Shown: positions 29,910 to 40,993 of the stretch, piece by piece | How the letters are laid out: every line of letters starts with the position of its first letter | Numbering within the stretch: position 1 is the stretch's first letter | Source of the DNA: an uncultured delta proteobacterium | GTDB taxonomy: Bacteria; Myxococcota; UBA727; VGSZ01 | Direction of reading: 5' to 3' | DNA: 64,000 bases | Assembly (NCBI GenBank): GCA_963775425.1 | Contig: CAVZJB010000017.1 | Location: 288,001-352,000, forward strand | Translations under genes and position numbers: made by a program | Notes under the pieces: generated by a model | What the model was told of the DNA's origin: nothing | The model's database searches: none | Seen by the model: the letters and a program-made list of their open reading frames with translations, nothing else

Positions 29910-30512
29910 ATGTTGTTCTTCGCGCTCGCGCTCGCGTCCGTTTCGCCCAACCCGCCCGTCGTCGATGACGGCGCGCCCGCCGGCGGCGTCGACGACGTCG
30001 TCCGCACGTACGCGTGGCCCGGGACCTCCGTGGGGCCACGCTTCACCGACGGCGGCACGGCGCTCGGCTCGCTCGGCATCTCGTACCGGCTGAACGACTG
30101 GATCGAGCCCGAGGCGTTCGTCGGCATGGGGCTGCACGGCTTCGACGACATCCAGGTCATCGATCGCTTCAGCTTCGGCTCGCGCTTCGTGCTCCCGGTC
30201 GACGGCCTGCGCCCGTTCCTCTGGCTCGCCTTGCACCACGAGCACCAGGCGCAGTGGGGCGCCGTGCTGAAGAACCCAGTCGGCGCCAGCCTCGGCATCA
30301 GCGCGGTCGGCGTGGCGCACTATACCGGCGCAGAAGCCGGCGTCGGCGTCGCCGTCCCCGTGCCCATCGACGGAAACCCGTTTCAAGCGCTCGTGCGCGT
30401 GAACGTCGTGTACCTCCCCGCGTTCGGCGGCGAGGTCGCCGGCGGCGCGCAGATGAAGGACCAGCTCGCCCTCCTCGTCGACATCGCCGGCGGCGTGCCT
30501 CTGCGCTTCTGA
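29910..30512 (+). CDS. Hypothetical outer-membrane beta-barrel-like protein
   Basis: Hydrophobic N-terminus MLFFALALAS, amphipathic strands and terminal Phe (PLRF). Confidence 0.6.
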   Translation: MLFFALALASVSPNPPVVDDGAPAGGVDDVVRTYAWPGTSVGPRFTDGGTALGSLGISYRLNDWIEPEAFVGMGLHGFDDIQVIDRFSFGSRFVLPVDGLRPFLWLALHHEHQAQWGAVLKNPVGASLGISAVGVAHYTGAEAGVGVAVPVPIDGNPFQALVRVNVVYLPAFGGEVAGGAQMKDQLALLVDIAGGVPLRF

Positions 30513-30550
30513 GCGCCGTCGCGTGCGCCGCCGCCGCGTATACTCGCGCC

Positions 30551-31252
30551 GTGGAGATCGAAGCGCTCCCGCGGTGGGATGTCGACCGGGTGCGCGTCGA
30601 CGTCGACGCGCTCGCGGCCTGGGTGCTCGGCGCCGCGCGCCAGGTCGACCGGCGCGTGACCGACCTCGCGTCGCTCCACGAGGCGCTCGCCCCCGCCAAG
30701 GCGCGCGCGCTTGCCGAGCGCTTGACGCGTCAGAGCGCCGAGCGGGCGCCGCGCGCGTTGTTGCGCCGCGCCGTGAACGAGGCGCTCGCGCAGGACGAAG
30801 CGCTCGCGAAGCGCGCGGCGAGCCTCTGGGTGCAGCGCGTCGGCGTCGTGCGCATCCTCGTCCCCGGCGACGACGAGGCGCCGCTGCCACTGCACGCGGA
30901 TATTCGCCTCGGGCACGCCCCCGACGAGCGCAACCTGTGGATCGCGCTCACCGATGCGCGGGCCTCGGCCGCGCTGCAGGCGATCGACCTCGCGCCGTCG
31001 CTGGCGATCCTCGCCCGCTCGGCGAGCGCCTTCTTCGACCGTGACGACAACATCCGCGCCGCCGCCCGCGCGCGGCCCGTGCGCCGGGGTGACGCGCTCT
31101 GGTTCACGGCGTCGCACGTCCACGGCGCCACCGTGAACCGCACGAGCGCGACGCGCGTCTCCATCGACATCCGCCTGGCGCCGCACGCGCGCCGCGGGCA
31201 CCGGCTCCGCACCGGCGCGGTCTTCGTCCCCCTCGCGGCGGTGCCATCGTGA
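30551..31252 (+). CDS. 2OG-Fe(II) oxygenase-fold protein (StrG/PhyH-like)
   Basis: GTG 30551; LHAD...GH, NLWIALTD and HGATVN.T..TRVSIDIR (HxD...H triad plus RxS). Confidence 0.75.
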   Translation: MEIEALPRWDVDRVRVDVDALAAWVLGAARQVDRRVTDLASLHEALAPAKARALAERLTRQSAERAPRALLRRAVNEALAQDEALAKRAASLWVQRVGVVRILVPGDDEAPLPLHADIRLGHAPDERNLWIALTDARASAALQAIDLAPSLAILARSASAFFDRDDNIRAAARARPVRRGDALWFTASHVHGATVNRTSATRVSIDIRLAPHARRGHRLRTGAVFVPLAAVPS

Positions 31253-32823
31253 CGCCCCGCATCCAGATCGGACCGGCGTTCGTCGACGCGCTCCCCGCCG
31301 TCGTCGACGACATCGCGCGCGTGCGGGGCGTGACCGCGGGCCCCGACGGCGGCCGGCTCGTCGACGTCGCCGCCGCGGACATCCCCGATGTCCCCGAGGA
31401 GCACGCCGTCGGCGCGGAGCTCGCCGTCACGGCCAACGCGAGGAGCCGCAGCGTCGCCAAGGTCCTGAGCGTCGGCCGCGCCTCCTTCGACGGCGGCGAG
31501 CGCCTCGTCTGGGTTCAAGACGCCGTCCTCGGCGTCACCTTCGAGGCGCTCGAGGACAAGATGCGCGCCGTTCAGGGCCGCGTCTCCCCCGGCGTCGCCC
31601 TCGCGCTCGCCGCCGACGTCGCGGCCGCGTTGGTCGACGCCGCCGCAGCGCCCGTCGGCGACCTCGCCCGCATGGATCTCTCGTGGCGCTCCTTCACCGC
31701 TTGCTGGGACGGCGTCGCGCGCACGCACCTCGATCCAGGGTTCGACTATCGACGCATGTCGGCGATCACGCCGGGGCTCCTGCAAGGACAGATGTGGGCG
31801 TTGACCCCGGAAGAGCTGATGGGCCTCCCGCTGGACGAGCGCCACCTGGTGTACTTGATCGGCCTGGCCGCCCACCGCCTGCTCGCCGGGCGGCACCCGT
31901 TCCCGTACGACGGCCCCGTCTTCGACGTCGTGCGCGCCGTCCTCGACGGCGGGGGCCGCGATGTCCTCGCCGCCGCGCGGCCCGACATCCCCGAAGCGAT
32001 CGTGTCCTTCGTCGACCGCTGCATGGCGCACACGCGCGACACGCGGCCCGACACGGTCGCGGAGGTCATCGAGGCGCTCGGCGATCTTCGCGCCCGCTAC
32101 GACCTCGCGTCGGAGCGCGAGGTCGCCGGCTTCCTGCATGGCCTCTTCCCGGAAGAGGCGCGGCGCGACGCGGAGGCCGTCGAAGAAGCGGCGGCGACGA
32201 TGTTGCCGCCGGCGGAGCTCGAGGGACGCATCACGCTGCTGGGCTTCGACCTCGACGCCTTCGCACAGGCCCGCCCGCCTGGCGCCGCAGGACCGGCGTT
32301 CGAGGACGAGGCCACCCGACCCGACGCCCACCTCGAGGCGTGGGGCCGCGACGGGCGGGCGATGGTGCTCGTCGGCGGCGCCCGGCCGTTCTTCCTCGAC
32401 CGCGCGCCGGTGACACAAGCGGAGCTCGCGCGCTTCCTCGACGAGACCGAGCGCCCTCCGCGCCCGGTGACGGCGCCGGCGCAGCCCGCGACCGGGGTCT
32501 CCACCGAGGACGCCGAAGCCTTCGCCGCGTGGGCCGGGAAGCGCCTACCCACCGCGGAGGAGTGGGGGCGCGCCGTGGTGCGCGACGCGGAGAGCGCGCC
32601 CGGCGATCGCGTCCTCGTCGCCGGCGTGTGGGAGTGGACGGCCACGGCGTTCGGCGCAGGCCGCGTCGTCCGCGGCGGCGCGTACCGCGACCGGCCCGGT
32701 CAAGCGGCCCACCCCGGCAACGCCGCGTGGGAGGACCGGCCCGCCGACGACGTCGGCTTCCGCTGCGCCGCCGACGCCGACGCCGTCGGCATCATCCGCG
32801 CCGTCGTGGAGGAGCAGCGCTGA
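31249..32823 (+). CDS. Degenerate Ser/Thr kinase-like domain fused to an FGE-sulfatase (SUMF1) domain
   Basis: Kinase C-lobe remnants (TPEELMGLPLDER..VY.IG....LLAG..PF); C-terminal AWAGKRLPT.EEW, VWEWT, VVRGG and GFRC. Confidence 0.75.
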   Translation: MTPRIQIGPAFVDALPAVVDDIARVRGVTAGPDGGRLVDVAAADIPDVPEEHAVGAELAVTANARSRSVAKVLSVGRASFDGGERLVWVQDAVLGVTFEALEDKMRAVQGRVSPGVALALAADVAAALVDAAAAPVGDLARMDLSWRSFTACWDGVARTHLDPGFDYRRMSAITPGLLQGQMWALTPEELMGLPLDERHLVYLIGLAAHRLLAGRHPFPYDGPVFDVVRAVLDGGGRDVLAAARPDIPEAIVSFVDRCMAHTRDTRPDTVAEVIEALGDLRARYDLASEREVAGFLHGLFPEEARRDAEAVEEAAATMLPPAELEGRITLLGFDLDAFAQARPPGAAGPAFEDEATRPDAHLEAWGRDGRAMVLVGGARPFFLDRAPVTQAELARFLDETERPPRPVTAPAQPATGVSTEDAEAFAAWAGKRLPTAEEWGRAVVRDAESAPGDRVLVAGVWEWTATAFGAGRVVRGGAYRDRPGQAAHPGNAAWEDRPADDVGFRCAADADAVGIIRAVVEEQR

Positions 32824-32834
32824 GGTGGGGCGCT

Positions 32835-33788
32835 TCAGTCAGGCTTCAGGATGCCGTGGCCGGCCACCACGGCGCGGTCGCGGCCCTGGCGCTTGGCGTC
32901 GAAGAGCGCGCGATCCGCGGCCTCCAGGAGGTCGTCGGGGCCACGCAGCGAGTCGTCCTCGTTGGAGGCGAGGCCGATCGACAGCGTGACGCGCCGCGCC
33001 TCGCCCGTGAAGCGCTCGCGCTCCTTCGCCAGGCGCGCGCGCACGCGATCGCACACCGCGGCGGCCTGCGCCGACGTGGTGTGCGGCAAGAGCAGCACGA
33101 TCTCGTCGCCGCCGTAGCGCGCGCAGACATCCACCTCGCGGATGCTCGATTGCACGATCTGCGCGATGCCTTTGAGCACGTCGTCGCCGGCGATGTGGCC
33201 GTCTTTGTCGTTGACGAGCTTGAAGCCGTCGACGTCGAGGAACATCAGCGTGACCGCGTGCTTGTAGCGGCTCGACGTCGCCCACTCCCGCTTCAGCACG
33301 TCGTGAAAGTGGCGGCGGTTGTACAGGCCCGTGAGCGCGTCCGTCATCGCGAGCCGCTCGGTCTTGGTCAGCATCCCCTCGAGCTCGGTGTTTCGCTGGC
33401 GCAGCTCGACGCGCGCGTTGCGCGAGCGCAGCGCCGCGTACATGCGCGCCTCGAGCTCCTCCTCGTCGTAGGGCTTGGGGATGTAGTCGTCGGCGCCGAC
33501 GTGCAGCCCCTCCACGCGCTCCTTCACGTCGGTCTTCACGGTGAGCATGATGACGACGATGTCGCGCGTGCGCTCGCCCAGGCGCAGCCAGCGGCAGACG
33601 CTGTACCCGTCCATGCCGTCGAGGACCACGTCGAGGATGACGACGTCGGGCGGATCGGTCTTGATCTCGCGCAGCGCCTCGATGCCACCCGCCACCGCGC
33701 GCACCTCGTAGCCGCGATCGGTCAGGCGTGTCGCGAGGCGCTCGCGCTGCGCCTTGCTGTCCTCGACGACGAGCACCTTGGCCTTCAT
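32835..33788 (-). CDS. Response regulator-diguanylate cyclase (REC-GGDEF)
   Basis: REC domain (VVEDS, ILD, KPY); DALTGLYNRR, D.D.FK.VND..GH..GD, I-site REVD and RYGGDEI. Confidence 0.93.
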   Translation of the reverse strand: MKAKVLVVEDSKAQRERLATRLTDRGYEVRAVAGGIEALREIKTDPPDVVILDVVLDGMDGYSVCRWLRLGERTRDIVVIMLTVKTDVKERVEGLHVGADDYIPKPYDEEELEARMYAALRSRNARVELRQRNTELEGMLTKTERLAMTDALTGLYNRRHFHDVLKREWATSSRYKHAVTLMFLDVDGFKLVNDKDGHIAGDDVLKGIAQIVQSSIREVDVCARYGGDEIVLLLPHTTSAQAAAVCDRVRARLAKERERFTGEARRVTLSIGLASNEDDSLRGPDDLLEAADRALFDAKRQGRDRAVVAGHGILKPD

Positions 33789-33830
33789 GGCCCAAGCGTA
33801 CCCTGATCCGCGGGCGGACGCGCCGGTGAC

Positions 33831-35378
<1,548 letters not shown>

Positions 35379-35421
35379 GGGCCATTCTCCGCGTCGTCGT
35401 GTTCCGACACCGGGGCCTAGC

Positions 35422-35952
35422 ATGAGCGAAGACCACCTCCAACGCTTTGCGCAGACCGTCGTCGAGCTGCAGGAGCAAAAGTCCCGTCGCATCGACGAGG
35501 ACACGGTGCGTCAGGTCGCGCTCGATCTGGGGATGACGGACGAGGAGATCCAGCAGGCCCGCGCGGAGAGCCACGCGCGCAAGGAGCGGGCGAAGGTGCT
35601 GCGTTCGTCGGGCAACCTCGACGACGCCATCCGCGAGCTGGAGCTCGGCTTCGGCTTCAACCCGCTCGACCTCGAGATCATCTACATGCTCGCCGACGGT
35701 CTGCACACACGCTCACAGAAGTCCGGCGACGCCGCGGAGTGGGCCCGCGCCAAGGACCTCTGCCTGCGCGTCATCGAGGCCGCGCCCGCGCACGCCGAGG
35801 CCCCGAGCCTCCTGAACGCCATCAACAACAACGACCCCGCCAAGAAGAGCGACAACTCCGCCCCCATCGCCGTCCTCGTCGGCGTCGGCGTCTTCGTCGT
35901 CATCCTCATCGGGCTCGCGCTCCACTTCCTCGTCGGGCTCTTCCAGGCGTGA
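35422..35952 (+). CDS. TPR-like protein with C-terminal TM helix
   Basis: GNLDDAIRELE...FNP and A..LC.RVIE.AP.H.EA pattern; hydrophobic tail. Confidence 0.7.
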   Translation: MSEDHLQRFAQTVVELQEQKSRRIDEDTVRQVALDLGMTDEEIQQARAESHARKERAKVLRSSGNLDDAIRELELGFGFNPLDLEIIYMLADGLHTRSQKSGDAAEWARAKDLCLRVIEAAPAHAEAPSLLNAINNNDPAKKSDNSAPIAVLVGVGVFVVILIGLALHFLVGLFQA

Positions 35953-36592
35953 GCGGTTCGGCCTGCGCCACGAACAGGCCCTGGCGCGCCATCGCCTTCA
36001 CCGACGCCGTCACCACGGACCTGGCGAGGTCCTTCGCGGTCCGCGGATCGAAGGTCTGGCTGCGGCTGGCCCACACGAGCTCGCCTTTGCCGCTGCCGAA
36101 GCGCGGATCCAGCGAGTACACGAGGGTCTCGAGCGTCACCACCGTCGTGGACGTCAGGTAGCCGGGCTCGTAGACGTCGGGCCAGCCGTAGCCCCACAGC
36201 GACCAGAGCCCCGGATACGCCGCGGGCGGCGTGCCCGGCGTCCACTGCATCTCATGGTTCACGTCGACGAGCCGCGTCACGATCATCGTGTCGAAGCCGG
36301 CCGCGCGCACCTCCTGCTGCGTCTTTTGCGTGTCGAAGATCTCGCCGTCCTTGAGCACCTTGTACGCGGGAACAGCGCCGGGGATGCGCGCTGCGAGCTC
36401 GTCCTCGACGGTGCGCCTCAGGACCTCGCTCTTGTTCATGAAGACGACGAGGGGGCGGTCGACGACCCCGGTCGTGAGCTCCGGGTCCTTCCACTCCGCC
36501 ACGATGTGAGTCGTCGGTGCGCAGGACGCACCGAGCGCGACGGCCGCGCCGGCGACGACGCCGAGCGGTGCGATTCGTCGGGTCGATCGCAT
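35906..36592 (-). CDS. Lipoprotein (DUF4136-like)
   Basis: ATG 36592, lipobox LGASC, WKDP, RRTVED, aromatic YPGLWSLWGYGW segment and LVWAS.SQTF. Confidence 0.75.
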   Translation of the reverse strand: MRSTRRIAPLGVVAGAAVALGASCAPTTHIVAEWKDPELTTGVVDRPLVVFMNKSEVLRRTVEDELAARIPGAVPAYKVLKDGEIFDTQKTQQEVRAAGFDTMIVTRLVDVNHEMQWTPGTPPAAYPGLWSLWGYGWPDVYEPGYLTSTTVVTLETLVYSLDPRFGSGKGELVWASRSQTFDPRTAKDLARSVVTASVKAMARQGLFVAQAEPLTPGRARRGSGARAR

Positions 36593-36627
36593 AACGCCTC
36601 CATGTCGGGATGTACCAACGGGTCGCG

Positions 36628-38055
36628 TCAGCCCTGCGTGATCTCGAGGGTGCGCCAACGCCCGGTGCGAAAGCGCAACGCGAGCACGCCGGCGAGCAAC
36701 GCGAGATACACGACGAGCCACGCCACGGTGACGAGGTCGCCGGCGTGCACGACGCGCGCGGACACCCACGCCCCGGGCGCGAACACCAGCCAGGCAATCG
36801 CCGAGCGCGCAAGGAACGTGAACGAGGTGTCGCCCGCCGCGCGCAGGGCCTCCGCCAGCACCATCGACACGGCGTCGAAGAGCTGCCACGCGGCCGACAG
36901 CATCAGGATGCGCACGCCCATCTCGACGAACACCCGCTGCGTGTCGGCGTCGCGCACGAAGATGGACAGCATCGCGGCCGGTGCCGCCAGGCACAGGAGG
37001 CCCACGATGCCCTGCCACGTCGCCGCCGTCGCCATGGTCAAGCGCACTGTGCGCGGGACGTCGTCGTGCTTCTTGGCGCCGAGCGCCTGACCCACGAAGA
37101 TGGCGCCGGCGCTCGCCACCGCGAACGCCGGCATGAACGAGATGGATGTGAGCTGAAGCACCGCCATCACCGCCGCGAGCGCGGTGGTCCCGAGGCCGGC
37201 GACGACGACGTTCATGAAGAACGAGAAGGCCGCGAACTCCACGAACCAATTGAGGCCCGCCGGCACGCCGAAGCGCAACATGCGCCCGAGCTCGCCGAGG
37301 GAGAGCCGCCTGCTCGGCGCGCCCGCCGGCGGACGCGCGGCGCGCTCCTGCCCGATGCCCGCGAGGAAGCAAGCGAGGAGGAACGCGAACGCGATGAAGG
37401 TGGCGATGGTCGCGGCGAGGCCGGAGCCGGTGACGCCGAGGGCGGGCGCGCCGCAGTGGCCGTAGATGAGCACCCAGCACAGCGCGACGTTGAGCACCAT
37501 GGCGAGGACCTGCGCGACCATCGGCAGCCGCGTGTTGCCGAGGCCGCCGTAGTAGTTGCCGAGCGCTTCGAGCCCGACGGCGAAGCCGCACGACAGGAGG
37601 CGCATGCGCAGGTAGCCGGTCATGAGCAGGCGCACGTCGGCCGAGTAGTCGAGGTGCGCGAGCGCGACGTCGATGAACGGGAGCGCCGCGATGCCGGCCA
37701 CGGCGGCGGCGGCGGCGACGACGAGACCGTACCAGCCGTAGCGGCGCGCGCCGGCGTAGTCGCCGGCGCCCGCGAGCTGACTCGAAAACGACGACACGAT
37801 GAACGTCGTTCCCATGAAGAAGACGATGACGTTGAAGACGTTGGCGGCGCCGGTGGTGGTGGCGGCGAGCGCGCTCTCGCCGAGCCGCGCGCACATGGCG
37901 GCGTCGGTGAAGCCGACGACGACCTGGGCGCTGCGCGAGATGACGACGGGCCAGGCGAGCCCGAGCAGTTGCCCGACGGAGGGGCGCGTGACGATGCCTC
38001 CGGGAACGGCGGGTCGCGCGGGTTCGGGAGCCTCGGGGGGAGCGACGTCGTCCAT
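36628..38055 (-). CDS. MATE family efflux transporter
   Basis: LAWPVV, D.AM.ARLG, GLGNTR.PM, PALGV.G.GLAT and EALRAAGDT; about 12 TM segments. Confidence 0.93.
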   Translation of the reverse strand: MDDVAPPEAPEPARPAVPGGIVTRPSVGQLLGLAWPVVISRSAQVVVGFTDAAMCARLGESALAATTTGAANVFNVIVFFMGTTFIVSSFSSQLAGAGDYAGARRYGWYGLVVAAAAAVAGIAALPFIDVALAHLDYSADVRLLMTGYLRMRLLSCGFAVGLEALGNYYGGLGNTRLPMVAQVLAMVLNVALCWVLIYGHCGAPALGVTGSGLAATIATFIAFAFLLACFLAGIGQERAARPPAGAPSRRLSLGELGRMLRFGVPAGLNWFVEFAAFSFFMNVVVAGLGTTALAAVMAVLQLTSISFMPAFAVASAGAIFVGQALGAKKHDDVPRTVRLTMATAATWQGIVGLLCLAAPAAMLSIFVRDADTQRVFVEMGVRILMLSAAWQLFDAVSMVLAEALRAAGDTSFTFLARSAIAWLVFAPGAWVSARVVHAGDLVTVAWLVVYLALLAGVLALRFRTGRWRTLEITQG

Positions 38056-38099
38056 GCCGGTGGATTGCGCCTGACGACGTAGCAGGCGATGAGGCTGGC

Positions 38100-39179
38100 G
38101 TGAAGCAGGCCGCCCCCGCCAAGCCGCACCTGTTCGGGATGCTCCCCGCGGACCTCGTGGCTCTCCTGGCCGCGCGCGGCGTCGAGTGCAGCGCGGCGGA
38201 GGCGCGCCGGGTGCTCGGGCACGTCGTGTCCGACGGGAAGACCGATCTGCGCGCCATGAAGAAGCCGGTGCGGGCGGCGGTGCGCGACGCCGTCGACGCG
38301 TCGACGTCACGGGAGCGGCTCGAGGTCGTGGAGCGCGTCGTCGACGACGCCGACGGCTTCGAGAAGATCCTCCTGCGGTGTGCCGACGGGGCGTTGCACG
38401 AAGCCGTGCGGATCCCGCTGCACAAGCCCGGCCGCTTCACCGTGTGCCTCTCGTCGCAGGTGGGCTGCGCCATGGGTTGCGCCTTCTGCGCCACGGGGCG
38501 GCTCGGCCTCACGCGCAACCTGACGGCCGCCGAGATCGTCGGGGCGTTCGTCGCCGTGCGCGACGCGCTGCCGCCGGGCACGCGCATCTCGGGCGCGGTG
38601 TTCATGGGCCAGGGCGAGCCCCTGGCCAACTACGACGAGGTCATCCAGGCCGCGCGCGTGCTGTCGGACCCCTGCGGCGGCCGCGTCGAGCAGAAGGCCA
38701 TCTCCATCTCCACCGTCGGCCTCGTGCCGATGATCCGGCGCTACACCGACGAGGGGCACAAGTTCCGCCTCATCGTCTCGTTGACCTCGGCCATCGCGCA
38801 CAGGCGCAAGGCGCTCCTGCCGGTGGCGGGCCAGTACGACCTCGACGACGTCGCCGGCGCCATCCGGGATTACCAGGCGCGCGCGGGCGGCCGCGTGACG
38901 GTGGCGTGGGTGCTGCTCGGCGGCGTGAACACCGGCGCCGACGAGGTGGACGCGCTGCGCGCGCTCCTCGCGGGGGTGCCGTTGCGGCTGAACCTCATCG
39001 ACGTGAACGACGCGCGCCCCGACGGCTTCGCCCGCGCCGCCCCCGAGGAGCTCTCGCGCTTCCTCGACGCGCTCCAGCTCCTCGGGCAGCCCGTGGTGCG
39101 GCGCTATTCGGGCGGCAGAAACCGGCACGCGGCGTGTGGGATGCTCGCGGCCACGCGCTTCGAGGAACCGCGGGTGTAA
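38100..39179 (+). CDS. RlmN/Cfr-like radical SAM RNA methyltransferase
   Basis: EAVRIP, CLSSQVGCAMGCAFCATG, FMGQGEP, ISTVG and AACGML. Confidence 0.88.
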   Translation: MKQAAPAKPHLFGMLPADLVALLAARGVECSAAEARRVLGHVVSDGKTDLRAMKKPVRAAVRDAVDASTSRERLEVVERVVDDADGFEKILLRCADGALHEAVRIPLHKPGRFTVCLSSQVGCAMGCAFCATGRLGLTRNLTAAEIVGAFVAVRDALPPGTRISGAVFMGQGEPLANYDEVIQAARVLSDPCGGRVEQKAISISTVGLVPMIRRYTDEGHKFRLIVSLTSAIAHRRKALLPVAGQYDLDDVAGAIRDYQARAGGRVTVAWVLLGGVNTGADEVDALRALLAGVPLRLNLIDVNDARPDGFARAAPEELSRFLDALQLLGQPVVRRYSGGRNRHAACGMLAATRFEEPRV

Positions 39180-39188
39180 GCTCGCGAC

Positions 39189-40991
39189 GTGAGCGACGAC
39201 GGGAACAAGAAGGGCGCGCCGGACGACAAGACCGTCCCGATGCCCGTGTTCGACCCGAACAAGGCCGTCGACGACGACAAGACCGTGAACCGGCCCCCGG
39301 CGGGTCACGAGGGCTCGGCCGTGCGCGTTCGCATCCCGAGCGCCAGCTTCGACGACGACGTGGCGCAGCGGAAGGTGCCGGCGCGCCCGGCGCGCACGCT
39401 GACCCCGGCGGCGGCGCCGGCGCCGAAGAAGGCCGCGCCCAGGCCCGTGGACGCTTCGCCGTCGAGCGTGTTCAGCGACGGCGGGCCGGCGCCACCGGCG
39501 TCGCGCCCCGATCGCTCGGGGACCAAGAAGGTCGAGCCCATCCTCGTGTCGGAGGCGGACCGGGCAGAGCCCGACGAGCCGACGGTGGCGCGCCTGCCCG
39601 ACCTGCCGCCGACCGCGGCGACGCAGGCGGCGGACATCTCGCTGTTCGAGGGCTTCTCGGATCTCGACCGCGCCCGCGTCGACCCGGTCTCGGAGCTCGG
39701 CAAGGCGGAGGACTTCACGCAGGAGGCGGCGCCGCCGATGAAGCCCGAGGAGATCGAGTCGATCCCCACGGCGCCGATCCCGATGCTCACGGGCATGCAC
39801 GAAAACCTCCGGAACGACGAGCCGTCGTTCCCGAAGGAGCGCCCCGACGCCGCGCCGACCACGCAACCCGACGGCGCCGCCGTCCCCGACGTCACCGCGA
39901 TCGCGAGCGACGCCGCGCCTGCTGCTCCCCAGGCGCTCGCCGACGTCACTGCGCCCATCGCGCCGCTGGCGCAGGCGCCGACGGCGCAAGCGCGCGACGC
40001 GCCGGTGGACCGCACGGCGCCGTTCATGCCGCCGACGTCGCGGGCGCTGGTCGCGGGCGCGGCGGAGAGCGCCGCGCTGCCGCCGCCGACGTCGCGCAAC
40101 CGCATCGCCGAGGACCCCACGGTCCTGAAAGCGCCGCCGCCGGCCCCGAAGAAGAAGACGTCGCCGTTGTTGATCGCGCTGTTCGCGGGTCTCGGCACCG
40201 TCGCCGTGGGCGCCCTCGTCGTCATCGTCGTCGCCGCCTCAGGCTACCGGGTCGACCACACGCCGCCGCCGACGGCGCCGACGACGAAGCCATCGGTGAC
40301 GACGACACAGCCGGGCGGCACGGCCACCGAAGGACCGACCGCGACGCCCGACGCGACCCCGCCGCCGAACGAGACGCCGCCGACCGGGACCCCGCCGACC
40401 GCGACGCCCGACGCGACCCCGCCGACCGCGACGCCGGACGCGACGCCGCCGACCGCGACGCCGGACGCGACCCCGCCGACCGCGACGCCGGACGCGACCC
40501 CGCCGACCGCGACGCCCGACGCGACCCCGCCGACCGCGACGCCGGACGCGACCCCGCCGACCGCGATGCCCGACGCGACCGAAGCCACGCCTGCGCAGCA
40601 CGCGCCGGCGATCGTGCACGCGCCGCGCACGAGGCCCGCGGACGGCTTCGGCCCGTTCTACGACCACAGCGGCTACGGCGCGGCGAGCGCCTTGGCGAAG
40701 GGCGCCCGCGGCTGCCTCGGCAGCAACCCCTTCGGCGACAGCACCGTCGGCCTGCGCGGCGACGTGCGCCGGGCCGTGGTCCACCACAAGGACAAGAAGC
40801 TCGACGTCACGCTCGAGTGCTCCTTCATCGTCTACGACGAGACCGGCGGCCGCGCGACGCTCGGCGCCACCGCCCACGTCGTCGACGACGACAGCAAGGG
40901 CCGCCGCGCCGTCGTCACCGACGCCGCCACGCGCTGCGCCAAGAGCCTCGACGCGGACCTGCGCACCGCGGTCGAGCGCGCGCGGCGCTAG
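39189..40991 (+). CDS. Bitopic protein with disordered cytoplasmic part and Pro/Thr repeat stalk
   Basis: Pro/acidic N-terminal half, single TM helix, 9-aa repeats and a small C-terminal Cys-containing domain. Confidence 0.75.
   Translation: MSDDGNKKGAPDDKTVPMPVFDPNKAVDDDKTVNRPPAGHEGSAVRVRIPSASFDDDVAQRKVPARPARTLTPAAAPAPKKAAPRPVDASPSSVFSDGGPAPPASRPDRSGTKKVEPILVSEADRAEPDEPTVARLPDLPPTAATQAADISLFEGFSDLDRARVDPVSELGKAEDFTQEAAPPMKPEEIESIPTAPIPMLTGMHENLRNDEPSFPKERPDAAPTTQPDGAAVPDVTAIASDAAPAAPQALADVTAPIAPLAQAPTAQARDAPVDRTAPFMPPTSRALVAGAAESAALPPPTSRNRIAEDPTVLKAPPPAPKKKTSPLLIALFAGLGTVAVGALVVIVVAASGYRVDHTPPPTAPTTKPSVTTTQPGGTATEGPTATPDATPPPNETPPTGTPPTATPDATPPTATPDATPPTATPDATPPTATPDATPPTATPDATPPTATPDATPPTAMPDATEATPAQHAPAIVHAPRTRPADGFGPFYDHSGYGAASALAKGARGCLGSNPFGDSTVGLRGDVRRAVVHHKDKKLDVTLECSFIVYDETGGRATLGATAHVVDDDSKGRRAVVTDAATRCAKSLDADLRTAVERARR
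40395..40580 (+). repeat. 27-bp tandem repeat (PTATPDATP), about 7 copies
   Basis: ccgaccgcgacgcc(g/c)gacgcgaccccg units, with one extra copy near 40335. Confidence 0.9.
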
Positions 40992-40993
40992 CC

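Noticed and set aside
31249-32823. Diversity-generating retroelement target (FGE/CLec fold)
   Set aside because: No reverse transcriptase and no template repeat of its 3' end were seen in the window.
40335-40580. 27-bp tandem array as CRISPR or iteron
   Set aside because: No spacers; it encodes an in-frame peptide repeat with synonymous variation.
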